A stretch of DNA of 34,562 bases, taken from assembly GCA_947595345.1 (NCBI GenBank), contig CANQEQ010000003.1, positions 1 through 34,562 of the forward strand, in the 5' to 3' direction. Position 1 is the stretch's first letter. Each line of letters starts with the position of its first letter. The DNA is from an uncultured Bacilli bacterium (GTDB taxonomy: Bacteria; Bacillota_I; Bacilli_A; RF39; UBA660). Under the pieces are notes generated by a model. That model was not told the origin of the DNA. It searched no databases and worked only from the letters and a program-made list of their open reading frames with translations. The position numbers were made by a program, and so were the translations under genes. Of this stretch, positions 1 to 9,680 are shown one piece after another.

Positions 1-76
1 CTTATATGTCTTTATTTTTTATAAAAAAGTGCATATAATGTTTTTCATTACACACACTAAAAATTATACAACCAAT

Positions 77-103
77 AAAAATGGAAGAAATCTTCCATTT
101 TTT
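77..103. terminator. Intrinsic terminator downstream of the HIT gene
   Basis: AAAAATGGAAG-aaat-CTTCCATTTTT hairpin with A/T tails, directly after the HIT stop on -. Confidence 0.75.
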
Positions 104-498
104 TAATTTAAGTTAACTTTTTCTTGAATAGTTTTTAAATCTTCTAAAATATCTTTATTAGATAAATAAGTAACCTCATCATCTTCATATCTTGGAATAA
201 AATGGACATGAAAATGTTTGATTTCTTGAGCATATTCTAAATTAGTTGTCAAGGTAAGGCCTATGCAGTTTAACTTTTCTTTATAAACTTTATAAAGTTT
301 ATCTATTAATTCTTGCATTTTAATAACTAAATCACTTGGCATTTCTAATAAATCTTTGTAATGTTTTTTTGGTATTATTAAAGTATCACCATTGGTTGCT
401 GGTTTAATATCTAAGAATACAAAGAAATCAGCATCTTCATAGATAATTTCACTTTCAATTTCCTTATTTAATATTTTACAAAATAAACAATCGTTCAT
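103..498 (-). CDS. hit: HIT family protein (histidine triad nucleotide-binding)
   Basis: N-terminal CLFCKI, FLDIKP, C-terminal HFHVH triad; GAGGTG RBS. Confidence 0.93.
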   Translation of the reverse strand: MNDCLFCKILNKEIESEIIYEDADFFVFLDIKPATNGDTLIIPKKHYKDLLEMPSDLVIKMQELIDKLYKVYKEKLNCIGLTLTTNLEYAQEIKHFHVHFIPRYEDDEVTYLSNKDILEDLKTIQEKVNLN

Positions 499-514
499 AA
501 TTCACCTCACATAA

Positions 515-586
515 ATTATATCTAATTTTAATACATCTTACAATTAATATTTAGTATTTGCTTAAAAAATTTACTTATGATATAGT
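515..586. promoter_or_regulatory. Divergent sigma-A promoters for HIT (-) and NUDIX (+)
   Basis: Minus strand TTGTAA-17-TATAAT (543..515); plus strand TTGCTT-17-TATAGT with TG extension (558..586). Confidence 0.6.
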
Positions 587-601
587 TAAAAGGGTGATAG
601 T

Positions 602-1165
602 ATGTATAAGTTAAAAGAGAAAAAAGAACTTTTAAAAACCAAAAGAATGGAAGTTTCTAAAGTTATTTATCAAGATAGAAAAGGAATTGATGTTATTGAG
701 CATGTAATTATTAATAGTAAGCCTTCAATTGCAACTATTGTAAAATCTCAAGATAATTTAGTTTTTATAAAACAATTTAGGTCAACAACGGGAGAATTTT
801 ATATAGAAATACCAGGAGGTTTAATTGAAGATGGTGAGAGTATACTTGAAGCAGCTAAAAGAGAAGTATTAGAAGAAACTGGTTTAATTGTTTCTAATCT
901 TAAATTACTAACTCATGCTCCTAATTTACTTGACCCTTCTAAGTCTGATGAGGATTATCAATATGCAATCGGAGAGGTTAAAGAAGTAGGACTACAAAAA
1001 CTTGATAAAATGGAAATAATAATGGATGAGTTAATTTATTTAAAAGAAAATGAGGTTTATGAGAGACTTCTTAATACTTTAAAAGAAGGTACACCTTTTT
1101 ATGATAATTTATATATAACCGGACATTCAGCTATGGCTTTACTTATTTATTTTTTTCTAAAATAA
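602..1165 (+). CDS. NUDIX hydrolase (ADP-ribose pyrophosphatase-like)
   Basis: Nudix box GGLIEDGESILEAAKREVLEETGL; KQFR and EIPGG upstream. Confidence 0.88.
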   Translation: MYKLKEKKELLKTKRMEVSKVIYQDRKGIDVIEHVIINSKPSIATIVKSQDNLVFIKQFRSTTGEFYIEIPGGLIEDGESILEAAKREVLEETGLIVSNLKLLTHAPNLLDPSKSDEDYQYAIGEVKEVGLQKLDKMEIIMDELIYLKENEVYERLLNTLKEGTPFYDNLYITGHSAMALLIYFFLK

Positions 1166-1224
1166 ATTTTAAGAAATTAAAAAAAATAGTAGCAATTCTA
1201 AGTTATTTATGATAAAATAAACAC

Positions 1225-1410
1225 ATAAATAAAAAACTTATTAAATATTCGGAGTAATATTTAACAATTTATAGAAAGTTAAGGGTTGATGGAACTTAAT
1301 AATTGTTGATATGAAAGGCTGCTTATTTAGAGTTTCGGGAGACCGTTATAAGAATAAAGACCAAAATAGGATGGTAACGCGAAGTGATTCGCTCCTATGT
1401 TGGTTTTTTT
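1225..1410 (+). promoter_or_regulatory. T-box riboswitch, alanine specifier
   Basis: AGTA, AGAAAG and GGGTTGATGGAA stem I motifs; specifier GAAAG-GCT (Ala, 1318-1320); T-box AGGATGGTAACGCG (1368-1381) pairing with TTCGCTCCT; U-tract at about 1404-1410; alaS downstream. Confidence 0.85.
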
Positions 1411-1427
1411 AATGTAAAGGAGAAGTT

Positions 1428-2087
1428 ATGAAAAAAATTAGTATTGCTATTGATGGACCAGCCGGAGCTGGAAAAGGAACAATTGCTAAGTTATTAGCTA
1501 AAAAATTAGGGTTTATCTATGTTGATACAGGAGCGATGTATAGAGCAGTTGGCTTATATTATACTAGATTAGGAATAGACTTCACTGATGAAGAGAAAAT
1601 TAAAGAATTACTTGATAATATTAAGATTAATATGACTTATGATACAGGTAATTTACGAGTTTATTTGAATAATGAAGAAGTAACTTTAGATATTAGAACT
1701 GAAGAAGCTAGTCGGGGAGCTAGTAAGGTTAGTGTTTTTCCATGTGTTCGTGAGAAAATGGTTAAGTTACAACAAGAAATGGCTTTAAAATCTCATGTTG
1801 TAATGGAAGGTAGAGATATTGGAACGGTGGTTCTTCCTGATGCAACTTTAAAAATATTCTTAACAGCTTCAACTGATGTTAGAGCTAAAAGACGTTTTAA
1901 AGAACAAAAAGAAAAAGGTTTAGATGTAAATTTAGAAGATATTAAAAAAGATATAGAAGAAAGAGATGAGCGTGATTCAAATCGCGAGACAAGTCCTTTA
2001 AAAAGGGCCTCTGATGCTATTTTAGTTGACTCTTCTGATATGACAATTGATGAGGTAGTTAACCATATATTAAAACTTTTAAAGTAG
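1428..2087 (+). CDS. cmk: Cytidylate kinase
   Basis: IAIDGPAGAGKGT P-loop, DTGAMYRA, MEGRDIGTVV, RDERDSNR. Confidence 0.96.
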   Translation: MKKISIAIDGPAGAGKGTIAKLLAKKLGFIYVDTGAMYRAVGLYYTRLGIDFTDEEKIKELLDNIKINMTYDTGNLRVYLNNEEVTLDIRTEEASRGASKVSVFPCVREKMVKLQQEMALKSHVVMEGRDIGTVVLPDATLKIFLTASTDVRAKRRFKEQKEKGLDVNLEDIKKDIEERDERDSNRETSPLKRASDAILVDSSDMTIDEVVNHILKLLK

Positions 2088-2095
2088 GTGATAAA

Positions 2096-4774
2096 ATGAA
2101 AAAAATGACAAGTTTAGAAATTAGAAAAATGTGGTTAGACTTTTTTAGTCAAAAAGGACATCAAATAGTACCAAGTGCTCCTTTAGTACCTAAAGATGAT
2201 GACTCACTTTTATGGATTAATGCTGGAGTTACGCCTTTAAAAAAATATTTTGATGGCACCTTAGTACCAGATAATAGACGTCTTACAAATATTCAAAAAT
2301 GTATTAGAACTAATGATATAGAAAATGTTGGAGTTACAAGACGTCATCATACTTTCTTTGAAATGATGGGTAATTTTTCAATTGGTGATTATTTTAAAAA
2401 TGAAGCTATTGAGTTTGCCTTTGAACTTTTAACAAGTAAAGATTGGTTTGCTATTCCTCTTGATAAATTATATTTTACTTTGTATCCTGATGACCATGAA
2501 GCTTATAATAAATGGAGAAGTTTAGGTGTAAGTGATGAGCATATTGTAAAGCTTGAAGATAATTTCTGGGAAATTGGGGAAGGACCTTGTGGACCTGATA
2601 GTGAAATTTTCTTTGATAGAGGGGAAAAATACGACTATGATGGTAAGGCTTTAGAACATTTTAAAAAAGGGGAAGACAACGAAAGATATGTTGAAATTTG
2701 GAATAATGTTTTTAGTCAATTTAATGCTAAAGAAGGAGTAGAAAGAAGCAAATATCAAGAACTTCCAAGTAAAAATATAGATACAGGAGCTGGACTTGAA
2801 CGTTGGGCTTGTATATTCCAAGATGCTGATAGTAATTTTGATACTGATTTATTCTTGCCAATTATTAGAGAAATAGAAGATTTAAGTGGTACTTTATATG
2901 ATACTTCTATGCCATTTAAAGTTATAGCTGACCATATTAGAGCTTTAACATTTGCCCTTGCTGATGGAGCTTTCTTTGATAATGTTGGTCGGGGCTATAT
3001 TTTAAGAAGATTATTAAGAAGAAGTGTTAGATATGGAAAGAAATTAGGCTTTACTAAACCTTTTATGTATAAGTTAGTAAGTGCAGTTGTTGATAACATG
3101 AAAGAAATTTATCCTTATTTAATAGATAAAGAAAAAGATATAGAAGCTTTGATTAAAGAAGAAGAAGAATTATTCTTGAAGACTTTAAATGAGGGTGAAA
3201 AACGTTTGGGAGAGTTAATGCAAGACTCTAAAGATAAAAAAATAAGTGGGGAAGCTGTCTTTAAATTATATGATACTTATGGATTTCCATTTGAACTTAC
3301 TTTAGAAATATTAGAAGAAAATGGTTATCAAACTGATAAGAATGAATTTTTAGAGTATATGAATAAACAAAAAGAATTATCTAAAAGTAATCAAAAACAA
3401 CAAGACTCAATGCAAAGTCAAAATGAATTACTTTTAAATTATAAAGAAGAATCAACTTTTGTCTATGAAGTTTATGAATTAAAAGGTAAGGTAATTACAA
3501 TCATTAAAGATAACAAATTTCAAGATAGTTTAACAGATGAAGGATATGTTGTATTTGATAAAACTTGTTTTTATGCAACTTCCGGTGGTGAAATAAGTGA
3601 TACAGGTATGATAATTGGTTCAGACTTTAAAGCTCGGGTAATTGATGTTTTCAAAGCTCCTAATGGAGAACATATTCATAAAGTAAAGGTTTTAAATGGA
3701 AAAATTAAAAAAGGTCTTGAAGCCTCTTTATTAGTAGATAAAGAAAGACGTTTAAAAATTGAAGCTAACCATTCAAGTGTTCATATCTTACAACTTGCTC
3801 TTCAAACTTTAATATCTAAGGATATTTATCAAGCTGGTTCTTATGTTTCAGATAATTATTTAAGATTTGATTTTGTATATCGTGGTAAGATAACGGATTT
3901 AGATTTAATTAAAATAGAAGATTTTGTCAATGATTACATTAAAAATGATTATAAGAGAGTTACTGAAGTAAAAGATATAAAAGATATTGATAAAAATTCT
4001 GTAATGGCCCTTTTTACAGAAAAATATAAAGATAAAGTTCGTTTAGTAATAATAAATGATTCTAAAGAATTATGTGGTGGTTGTCATGTTAAAAGTACTA
4101 AAGATATAGAACATTTTGCGATTATATCTTTTGAAAATAAAGGTAGTAACACATATAGAATTACAGCTGCTACTAAAAATCTAATTGAAGCTAACTTATT
4201 AAAGGCTATGAAACCTTATAATGATAATATTGTAAAAAATATAATGAAATTAAAAGATATTAAGGCTATGGCTTTAAAAGATGGTATTAAATTAACGGCT
4301 AATATTAAATATGAAAGTATAAAGCCAACTTCTTATAAAGATATAGTAGAAATAAAAAAACAAGATAATGATATTTCAGAAGTAATCAGAGAAGAAACTA
4401 AAAAATATCAAAAATTAAAAACCTCTAAAGCTCATGAAAATATACAAGAATATGAAAATTCTATTACTCCTCTTAAAGATATAAATTTATTATTAATGAA
4501 AACTTCAAATGAAGATATGGAAACTTTGAAAAATATATTAGATACCCTTGCTAATAAATACGAGAATTTCTTCGCTTTAATTGCTAATATAAATTCAGAT
4601 ATGGCAACTTATATTGCTAGAAGCACGTCAAGATTAGATGCTTCAAGTATTATTAAAGATATTGCTTTAAAAACAAATGGTAATGGTGGAGGTTCTAAAA
4701 CTTTTGCTAGAGGAAATGGTCATGCTATAACAAAAATTGATAAAGTCTTTGCTGAAATAAAAAATGGTATTTAA
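2096..4774 (+). CDS. alaS: Alanine--tRNA ligase
   Basis: QKCIR, HHTFFEMMGNFS, GPCGPDSEIF, IDTGAGLER, KLYDTYGFP, editing-domain HxxxH and CGGCH, C-terminal GGG. Confidence 0.98.
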   Translation: MKKMTSLEIRKMWLDFFSQKGHQIVPSAPLVPKDDDSLLWINAGVTPLKKYFDGTLVPDNRRLTNIQKCIRTNDIENVGVTRRHHTFFEMMGNFSIGDYFKNEAIEFAFELLTSKDWFAIPLDKLYFTLYPDDHEAYNKWRSLGVSDEHIVKLEDNFWEIGEGPCGPDSEIFFDRGEKYDYDGKALEHFKKGEDNERYVEIWNNVFSQFNAKEGVERSKYQELPSKNIDTGAGLERWACIFQDADSNFDTDLFLPIIREIEDLSGTLYDTSMPFKVIADHIRALTFALADGAFFDNVGRGYILRRLLRRSVRYGKKLGFTKPFMYKLVSAVVDNMKEIYPYLIDKEKDIEALIKEEEELFLKTLNEGEKRLGELMQDSKDKKISGEAVFKLYDTYGFPFELTLEILEENGYQTDKNEFLEYMNKQKELSKSNQKQQDSMQSQNELLLNYKEESTFVYEVYELKGKVITIIKDNKFQDSLTDEGYVVFDKTCFYATSGGEISDTGMIIGSDFKARVIDVFKAPNGEHIHKVKVLNGKIKKGLEASLLVDKERRLKIEANHSSVHILQLALQTLISKDIYQAGSYVSDNYLRFDFVYRGKITDLDLIKIEDFVNDYIKNDYKRVTEVKDIKDIDKNSVMALFTEKYKDKVRLVIINDSKELCGGCHVKSTKDIEHFAIISFENKGSNTYRITAATKNLIEANLLKAMKPYNDNIVKNIMKLKDIKAMALKDGIKLTANIKYESIKPTSYKDIVEIKKQDNDISEVIREETKKYQKLKTSKAHENIQEYENSITPLKDINLLLMKTSNEDMETLKNILDTLANKYENFFALIANINSDMATYIARSTSRLDASSIIKDIALKTNGNGGGSKTFARGNGHAITKIDKVFAEIKNGI

Positions 4775-4775
4775 A

Positions 4776-5690
4776 ATGGAAAAATTATATTTAATTGAAG
4801 GAATTAATGAAGTATTAATAGATAAAGAAATTAAAAAAATAATTAAAGATTTAAAGGATATTGAAATAATTAATTTTGACCTTTCTAATACTTTTATAGA
4901 AGATGTTATAGAAACTCTAGATACCTATGATATGTTTTTACATAAAAAAGTTGTAATCTGTAAGCACCCTATGTTTTTAGAAGAAAAAGATGAGAATTTT
5001 AATTTAAAGATTTTTGAAAAATATTTAAAAAATCCCAGTGATAATATATTAATTATTGTTGCTAATAAAATAAATAACCGATTAAAAATTGCAACTTTAA
5101 TTAAAAAATATTTTAAATATATAAAGTTAACTGATATGAATTTAGAAAGTTTTGTTAAAGAAAACTTAGAAGATTATAAAATGACACCTTCCTTAATTAA
5201 TTATTTTATAAGTAGAGTAGGAAAAGATTATAATAATTTATATCAGGAATTAACTAAATTAAAACTTTATAAATTAGATACTAAAGTTATTGAAAAACAA
5301 GATATAGATTTAGTTACTAAGGTAAATTTAGAAGCTACGATTTTTGATTTAATTGAAGCTATAATTAAAAAAGATAAAAAAAAGAGTTATGAATTATATA
5401 ATCATTTTATAACTAATGGAACAGAAATTTTTCAAATATTAGTTCTTCTTTCTAATCAAATTAGATTAATTTATAATGTTAAGATATTAAATAATAAAAG
5501 TGATGCTGAAATTAGTAAGCTATTAGATGTTCATGAATACCCAGTTAAATTAGCTAGAGGCAAGGCTATTAATTATAAAAAAGAAGAACTTTTAAATATA
5601 ATGAAAAAATTAGCTTTATTAGATTTTAATATTAAAAGTGGTAAAGAATTACCGGATATTTGTTTTTTAACTTTTATAATGGCTATGTAG
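4776..5690 (+). CDS. holA: DNA polymerase III subunit delta
   Basis: LYLIEG start, ELTKLKLY, IFDLIEAI, VHEYPVKLA, D..IKSG; the ATG at 4776, just after the alaS stop, is preferred over 4764. Confidence 0.9.
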   Translation: MEKLYLIEGINEVLIDKEIKKIIKDLKDIEIINFDLSNTFIEDVIETLDTYDMFLHKKVVICKHPMFLEEKDENFNLKIFEKYLKNPSDNILIIVANKINNRLKIATLIKKYFKYIKLTDMNLESFVKENLEDYKMTPSLINYFISRVGKDYNNLYQELTKLKLYKLDTKVIEKQDIDLVTKVNLEATIFDLIEAIIKKDKKKSYELYNHFITNGTEIFQILVLLSNQIRLIYNVKILNNKSDAEISKLLDVHEYPVKLARGKAINYKKEELLNIMKKLALLDFNIKSGKELPDICFLTFIMAM

Positions 5691-5711
5691 GACTATAAAT
5701 TAGTCCTTTTT
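5689..5711 (+). terminator. Intrinsic terminator after holA
   Basis: AGGACTA-taaat-TAGTCCT followed by TTTT. Confidence 0.7.
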
Positions 5712-5794
5712 AAGTAGTTAGATTTCTAAAAATTAAAGGTTAATTTATTGCAATTTTTAAAATGTTATGATAATCTTAAATTGTGGAGGATATT

Positions 5795-6421
5795 ATGAAG
5801 GAAGTTATTTTAAAACATCCTATGATTGAACACAAGATTACAATTTTACGGAATGAGAAAACTAGTACTAAAGAGTTTAGGGAGTTAATCAGTGAAATTG
5901 CTAGTATTTTATGCTTAGAGGCTCTTCGTGATGCTAAGTTAGAAGAGGTTAGTGTTAAAACACCAATTACAACTACCAAAGGACATTTAATTAATGAAGA
6001 TAATTATGCTTTTGTTCCAATTTTACGAGCCGGAATGGGAATGGTATCTGGTGTATTAAGACTAATGCCTAATGCTAAAATAGGTCATATAGGACTATAT
6101 AGAAATGAAGAGACCTTAGAACCTGTTGAATATTATTGTAAATTACCAAAAGGAATTGATGCTAAGACAGTTATTCTTTTAGACCCTATGTTAGCAACCG
6201 GAGGAAGTGCTGTAAGTGCTATATCTATGCTTAAGAAAAGAGGAGTTAAAAAGATTAAATTTCTATCAATTATTTCTGCTCCAACTGGCATTGAAAGAAT
6301 AAAAAAAGAGCATCCTGATGTTGAAATATATACTGCATATCTTGATGAAAAGTTAAATGATGTTGGTTATATTGTTCCTGGTTTAGGGGATGCTGGGGAT
6401 AGAATTTATGGAACTAAATAG
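5795..6421 (+). CDS. upp: Uracil phosphoribosyltransferase
   Basis: VPILRAG, LDPMLATGGS PRPP motif, YIVPGLGDAGDR; GGAGG RBS favours the ATG at 5795. Confidence 0.97.
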   Translation: MKEVILKHPMIEHKITILRNEKTSTKEFRELISEIASILCLEALRDAKLEEVSVKTPITTTKGHLINEDNYAFVPILRAGMGMVSGVLRLMPNAKIGHIGLYRNEETLEPVEYYCKLPKGIDAKTVILLDPMLATGGSAVSAISMLKKRGVKKIKFLSIISAPTGIERIKKEHPDVEIYTAYLDEKLNDVGYIVPGLGDAGDRIYGTK

Positions 6422-6429
6422 GAGGTAAA

Positions 6430-6825
6430 ATGAAAGAGTTTTTTAAAGAATTTAAAGAGTTTATATCAAGAGGAAATGTTGTTGATTTAGCTGTTGCTGT
6501 TGTTATTGGTAATGCTTTTAATGCTATTGTTACTAGTTTAGTAAATGACATTATCATGCCAATTATGGGAATGGTAATTGGAGGTATTAATTTTTCAGGA
6601 CTTAATATAGTTTATAAAGAATCAGTTTTAAGAATTGGTTTATTTGTTCAAAATATAATTAATTTCTTAATTATTGCTTTATCAATATTTGCTGCAATTA
6701 AAATTATGGCTTTTATAACCGACAAAAGAAGAAAACCTGAAAAAGAAAAAGAAGAACCTAAAAAGCCTAAAGATATTGAATTACTTGAAGAAATTAGAGA
6801 TTTATTAAAGAATAAAAGTAAATAA
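6430..6825 (+). CDS. mscL: Large-conductance mechanosensitive channel
   Basis: EFKEFISRGNVVDLAVAVVIG, C-terminal LLEEIRDLL. Confidence 0.96.
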   Translation: MKEFFKEFKEFISRGNVVDLAVAVVIGNAFNAIVTSLVNDIIMPIMGMVIGGINFSGLNIVYKESVLRIGLFVQNIINFLIIALSIFAAIKIMAFITDKRRKPEKEKEEPKKPKDIELLEEIRDLLKNKSK

Positions 6826-6850
6826 AAAGAGCATCGTCATGATGCTTTTT
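6825..6850. terminator. Bidirectional terminator between mscL and the convergent small ORF
   Basis: AAAAGAGCATC-gtcat-GATGCTTTTT. Confidence 0.75.
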
Positions 6851-6935
6851 ACATATAAATCAAACTGCATACAAATGATGCTATCATTATTAATAATAAA
6901 ATAATGGTTATGATTTGAACAACTTTCTTTTTCAT
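6849..6935 (-). CDS. 28-aa single-TM mini-protein (DUF4044/Prli42-like), absent from the supplied ORF track
   Basis: MKKKVVQIITIILLLIMIASFVCSLIYM; GAGGTG RBS (6944..6939); own promoter TTGAAA-17-TATAAT (6979..6951); ends in a terminator. Confidence 0.72.
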   Translation of the reverse strand: MKKKVVQIITIILLLIMIASFVCSLIYM

Positions 6936-7022
6936 AAACACCTCATCTATATTATACAGATAAAATATAGTAATTTCAACCTAAAATTTAAGTGAAACTT
7001 GACGTTTGTCATTTATTTGTAA

Positions 7023-7051
7023 TTTACTTATTTTTCAATACATGGTATACT
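7023..7051 (+). promoter_or_regulatory. Sigma-A promoter of the flippase operon
   Basis: TTTACT-17-TATACT with TG extension. Confidence 0.55.
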
Positions 7052-7069
7052 TAATAAGAGAGTGATAAC

Positions 7070-8464
7070 ATGAATCAAAAACGTGAACTTATAAAAAACA
7101 CTTTGATTATTTCAATAGGAAAATTTAGTACTCAAATAGTTAGCTTCTTATTATTACCACTTTATACTAGTTTACTTACAACTAGTGAATATGGTGCGTA
7201 TGATTTTTTAAATACTATTTCAATTTTTTTAATTCCTTGTGTTACTTTATTAATGGAAGAAGGAATGTTTCGTTTTTTAATTGATAGTGATACTGATAAA
7301 GAGAAAAGTAAAGTTTTTTCAGCTACTATAATATTTTCTTTTTTAAGTTTTCTAGTTTGGAGTATTATTATATTTATATTTGGTAGTATTATGAAATACC
7401 CTTATATAATTTATTTAATATTTTATATCTTAGCAAGTTTACTATCAGCTTTAGCTGGTTCAGCAGCTCGGGGTTTAAGTAAATTTAAACTTTATTCTTT
7501 ATTTTGCTTTTTATCTAGTTTTTTTACAATTATTTTAAATATCGTTTTTATTGTTGAACTTAAATTAGGATTAGTTAGTTTATTCTTATCTTATATAATT
7601 GCTAATTCTTTAGTATCTATTTGGTTACTTTTAAAAATTAAAATTTATAAATATGCTAATTTTAAAAATTTAGAAAGAAAAAAAGTTGTAGAAATGATTA
7701 AATATTCATTTCCTTTAGTACCTAATAGTATATCATGGAATGCCATAGCTTTAACCGATAGACTTTTAATAATTAATTTTTTAGGTGAGGGGAAGAATGG
7801 GATTTATTCAGTTGGAAATAGGTTCCCGACGATTATTAATACTTGTTATAGTTATTTTAATTTGTCATGGAAAGAATCAGCTAGTAAGGCTGTAAAAAAA
7901 GAAGATAAAGACGATTTTTATAATAGTGTTTTTATTGATTTAAAACATTTCTTGATGGCAATTTCTATTTTAATTATTGCCTTTTTACCATTTATCTTTA
8001 ATTTATTAATTAAAAATGATTATAGAGAAGCATATTATTATATTCCTTTAATGGTAATAGCAGTTTATTTTTCTAATATGTCTAACTTTTGCAGTGGTAT
8101 CTTTTCTGCTTATAAAGATACTAAGATTTTAGCTAAAACAACTATTGTTGCTACAATTATCAATCTTTTAGTTGGATTTTCTTTAATTAAATTTTTAGGA
8201 TTATATGCAACAATTTTAGGAACTTTAATCTCATATATTGTAATTTATTTTTATAGAAATTATAAATTAAGAAAATATATTGTTTTAAAACATGATAATT
8301 ATTTATTTTTAAGTATGTTAGTTTTATTGTTAGTCGGTCTTTTCTATTATAGTAAAAATCTTTATTTAATATGTCTTGGACTCTTGTTAGCCGTTTCTTA
8401 TTCTATGTATTTGAATAGAACATTTATTAAAGCAATATTCAAGAAGATTTGGAGGAAGTCGTAG
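7070..8464 (+). CDS. Oligosaccharide flippase (Wzx/MOP superfamily)
   Basis: KNTLII..GK, LLLPLYT..LT..EYG, KYSFPLVPN, DR..I..FLG...GIYS; about 12-14 hydrophobic segments. Confidence 0.88.
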   Translation: MNQKRELIKNTLIISIGKFSTQIVSFLLLPLYTSLLTTSEYGAYDFLNTISIFLIPCVTLLMEEGMFRFLIDSDTDKEKSKVFSATIIFSFLSFLVWSIIIFIFGSIMKYPYIIYLIFYILASLLSALAGSAARGLSKFKLYSLFCFLSSFFTIILNIVFIVELKLGLVSLFLSYIIANSLVSIWLLLKIKIYKYANFKNLERKKVVEMIKYSFPLVPNSISWNAIALTDRLLIINFLGEGKNGIYSVGNRFPTIINTCYSYFNLSWKESASKAVKKEDKDDFYNSVFIDLKHFLMAISILIIAFLPFIFNLLIKNDYREAYYYIPLMVIAVYFSNMSNFCSGIFSAYKDTKILAKTTIVATIINLLVGFSLIKFLGLYATILGTLISYIVIYFYRNYKLRKYIVLKHDNYLFLSMLVLLLVGLFYYSKNLYLICLGLLLAVSYSMYLNRTFIKAIFKKIWRKS

Positions 8465-8465
8465 T

Positions 8466-9671
8466 ATGTTAGTCTTGAAAATCATGATAAAAATTTTTAA
8501 TGTCTTTGTTATTTTTTATGGATTATATTATTTTGTATTAGCCATCTTTCCTCTTCTTTTAAAAAAGAAGGAAGCTAAGGACATTAAACCTAAGCATAAG
8601 TTTTTAATTTTAATAGCTGCTAGAAATGAAGAAATGGTAATAGGTGGCTTAATAGATAGTTTAAAAGAGCTTAATTATCCCAAAGATATGTATAAAATAT
8701 TAGTAATACCTAATAATTGTACAGATAAAACGAAAGAAGTTAGTATTAAACATGGTGCCTTAGTTTTGGATATTAAAGAAAAAGTTCATACTAAAGGTGA
8801 TGTTTTAAACTATGTTTTTAAAAAATATAAAAATGATAATTCCTTTGATACCTATGCTGTATTTGATGCTGATAATGTTGTCCATCCTGATTTTTTAAAG
8901 GAAATGAATAAAGAACTTGAAAATGGTTATAGAGTTATTCAAGGCTTTAGAGATACTAAAAATTTATATGATAATTGGTTAACTAATGGTTATGGATTAT
9001 TCTATTATTTACAAAATCTTTTCTTATATCAAGCGAGAATTAATATAAATCAAAGTGCTAATATAAATGGAACTGGTTATGTATTTAAAAAAGATGTAAT
9101 TAAGGAAACTAAGTATGTAGCGAAAACTTTAACTGAGGATATAGAACTAACAGCTTTATGTGCTTCATATGATATTAAAATAGGTTATACCGAAAAAGCT
9201 ATATTTTATGATGAGCAAGTATCTAAAGTTATTCCGTCGTTTAAGCAAAGACTTCGTTGGACAGTTGGAATGCTTCAAACTTTAAAAATATATTTTAAAG
9301 ATTTAATTAAAGGTTTTAAAAAACATAAAAACTTACATGTTATAGATTCCCTTGTAATTTATGTTGCTCCTTATTTACAAGTTGTCATGACATTAGTTGG
9401 AGTTATATCATTTATATTATTCCCTAATTTTTTAATGTTAATTATTGCAACAGTTGTATCATATCTTGCTATGATAATTGTTTCGGTTTATTTAACTATT
9501 CATTATAAAAGAAACTTATTAAAGTCACTTCCCGGAATTTTCTTGTTTCCAATTTTTAACTTAATAGGTATATCAACGGTATTTGTAGCTATATTTAAAA
9601 AAGATATGAATTGGCATGAAATAAAACATACAAGAAAGATTAATATAAATGAAGTTTTAAAAGATAACTAA
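8466..9671 (+). CDS. Family 2 glycosyltransferase, processive type with TM helices
   Basis: LIAARNEE, NCTD, FDADN, TED, QRLRW; N- and C-terminal TM segments. Confidence 0.9.
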   Translation: MLVLKIMIKIFNVFVIFYGLYYFVLAIFPLLLKKKEAKDIKPKHKFLILIAARNEEMVIGGLIDSLKELNYPKDMYKILVIPNNCTDKTKEVSIKHGALVLDIKEKVHTKGDVLNYVFKKYKNDNSFDTYAVFDADNVVHPDFLKEMNKELENGYRVIQGFRDTKNLYDNWLTNGYGLFYYLQNLFLYQARININQSANINGTGYVFKKDVIKETKYVAKTLTEDIELTALCASYDIKIGYTEKAIFYDEQVSKVIPSFKQRLRWTVGMLQTLKIYFKDLIKGFKKHKNLHVIDSLVIYVAPYLQVVMTLVGVISFILFPNFLMLIIATVVSYLAMIIVSVYLTIHYKRNLLKSLPGIFLFPIFNLIGISTVFVAIFKKDMNWHEIKHTRKININEVLKDN

Positions 9672-9680
9672 GGAGGAGAA

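Noticed and set aside
5776-5979. 67-aa minus-strand ORF
   Set aside because: Antisense shadow of upp; no RBS or motif
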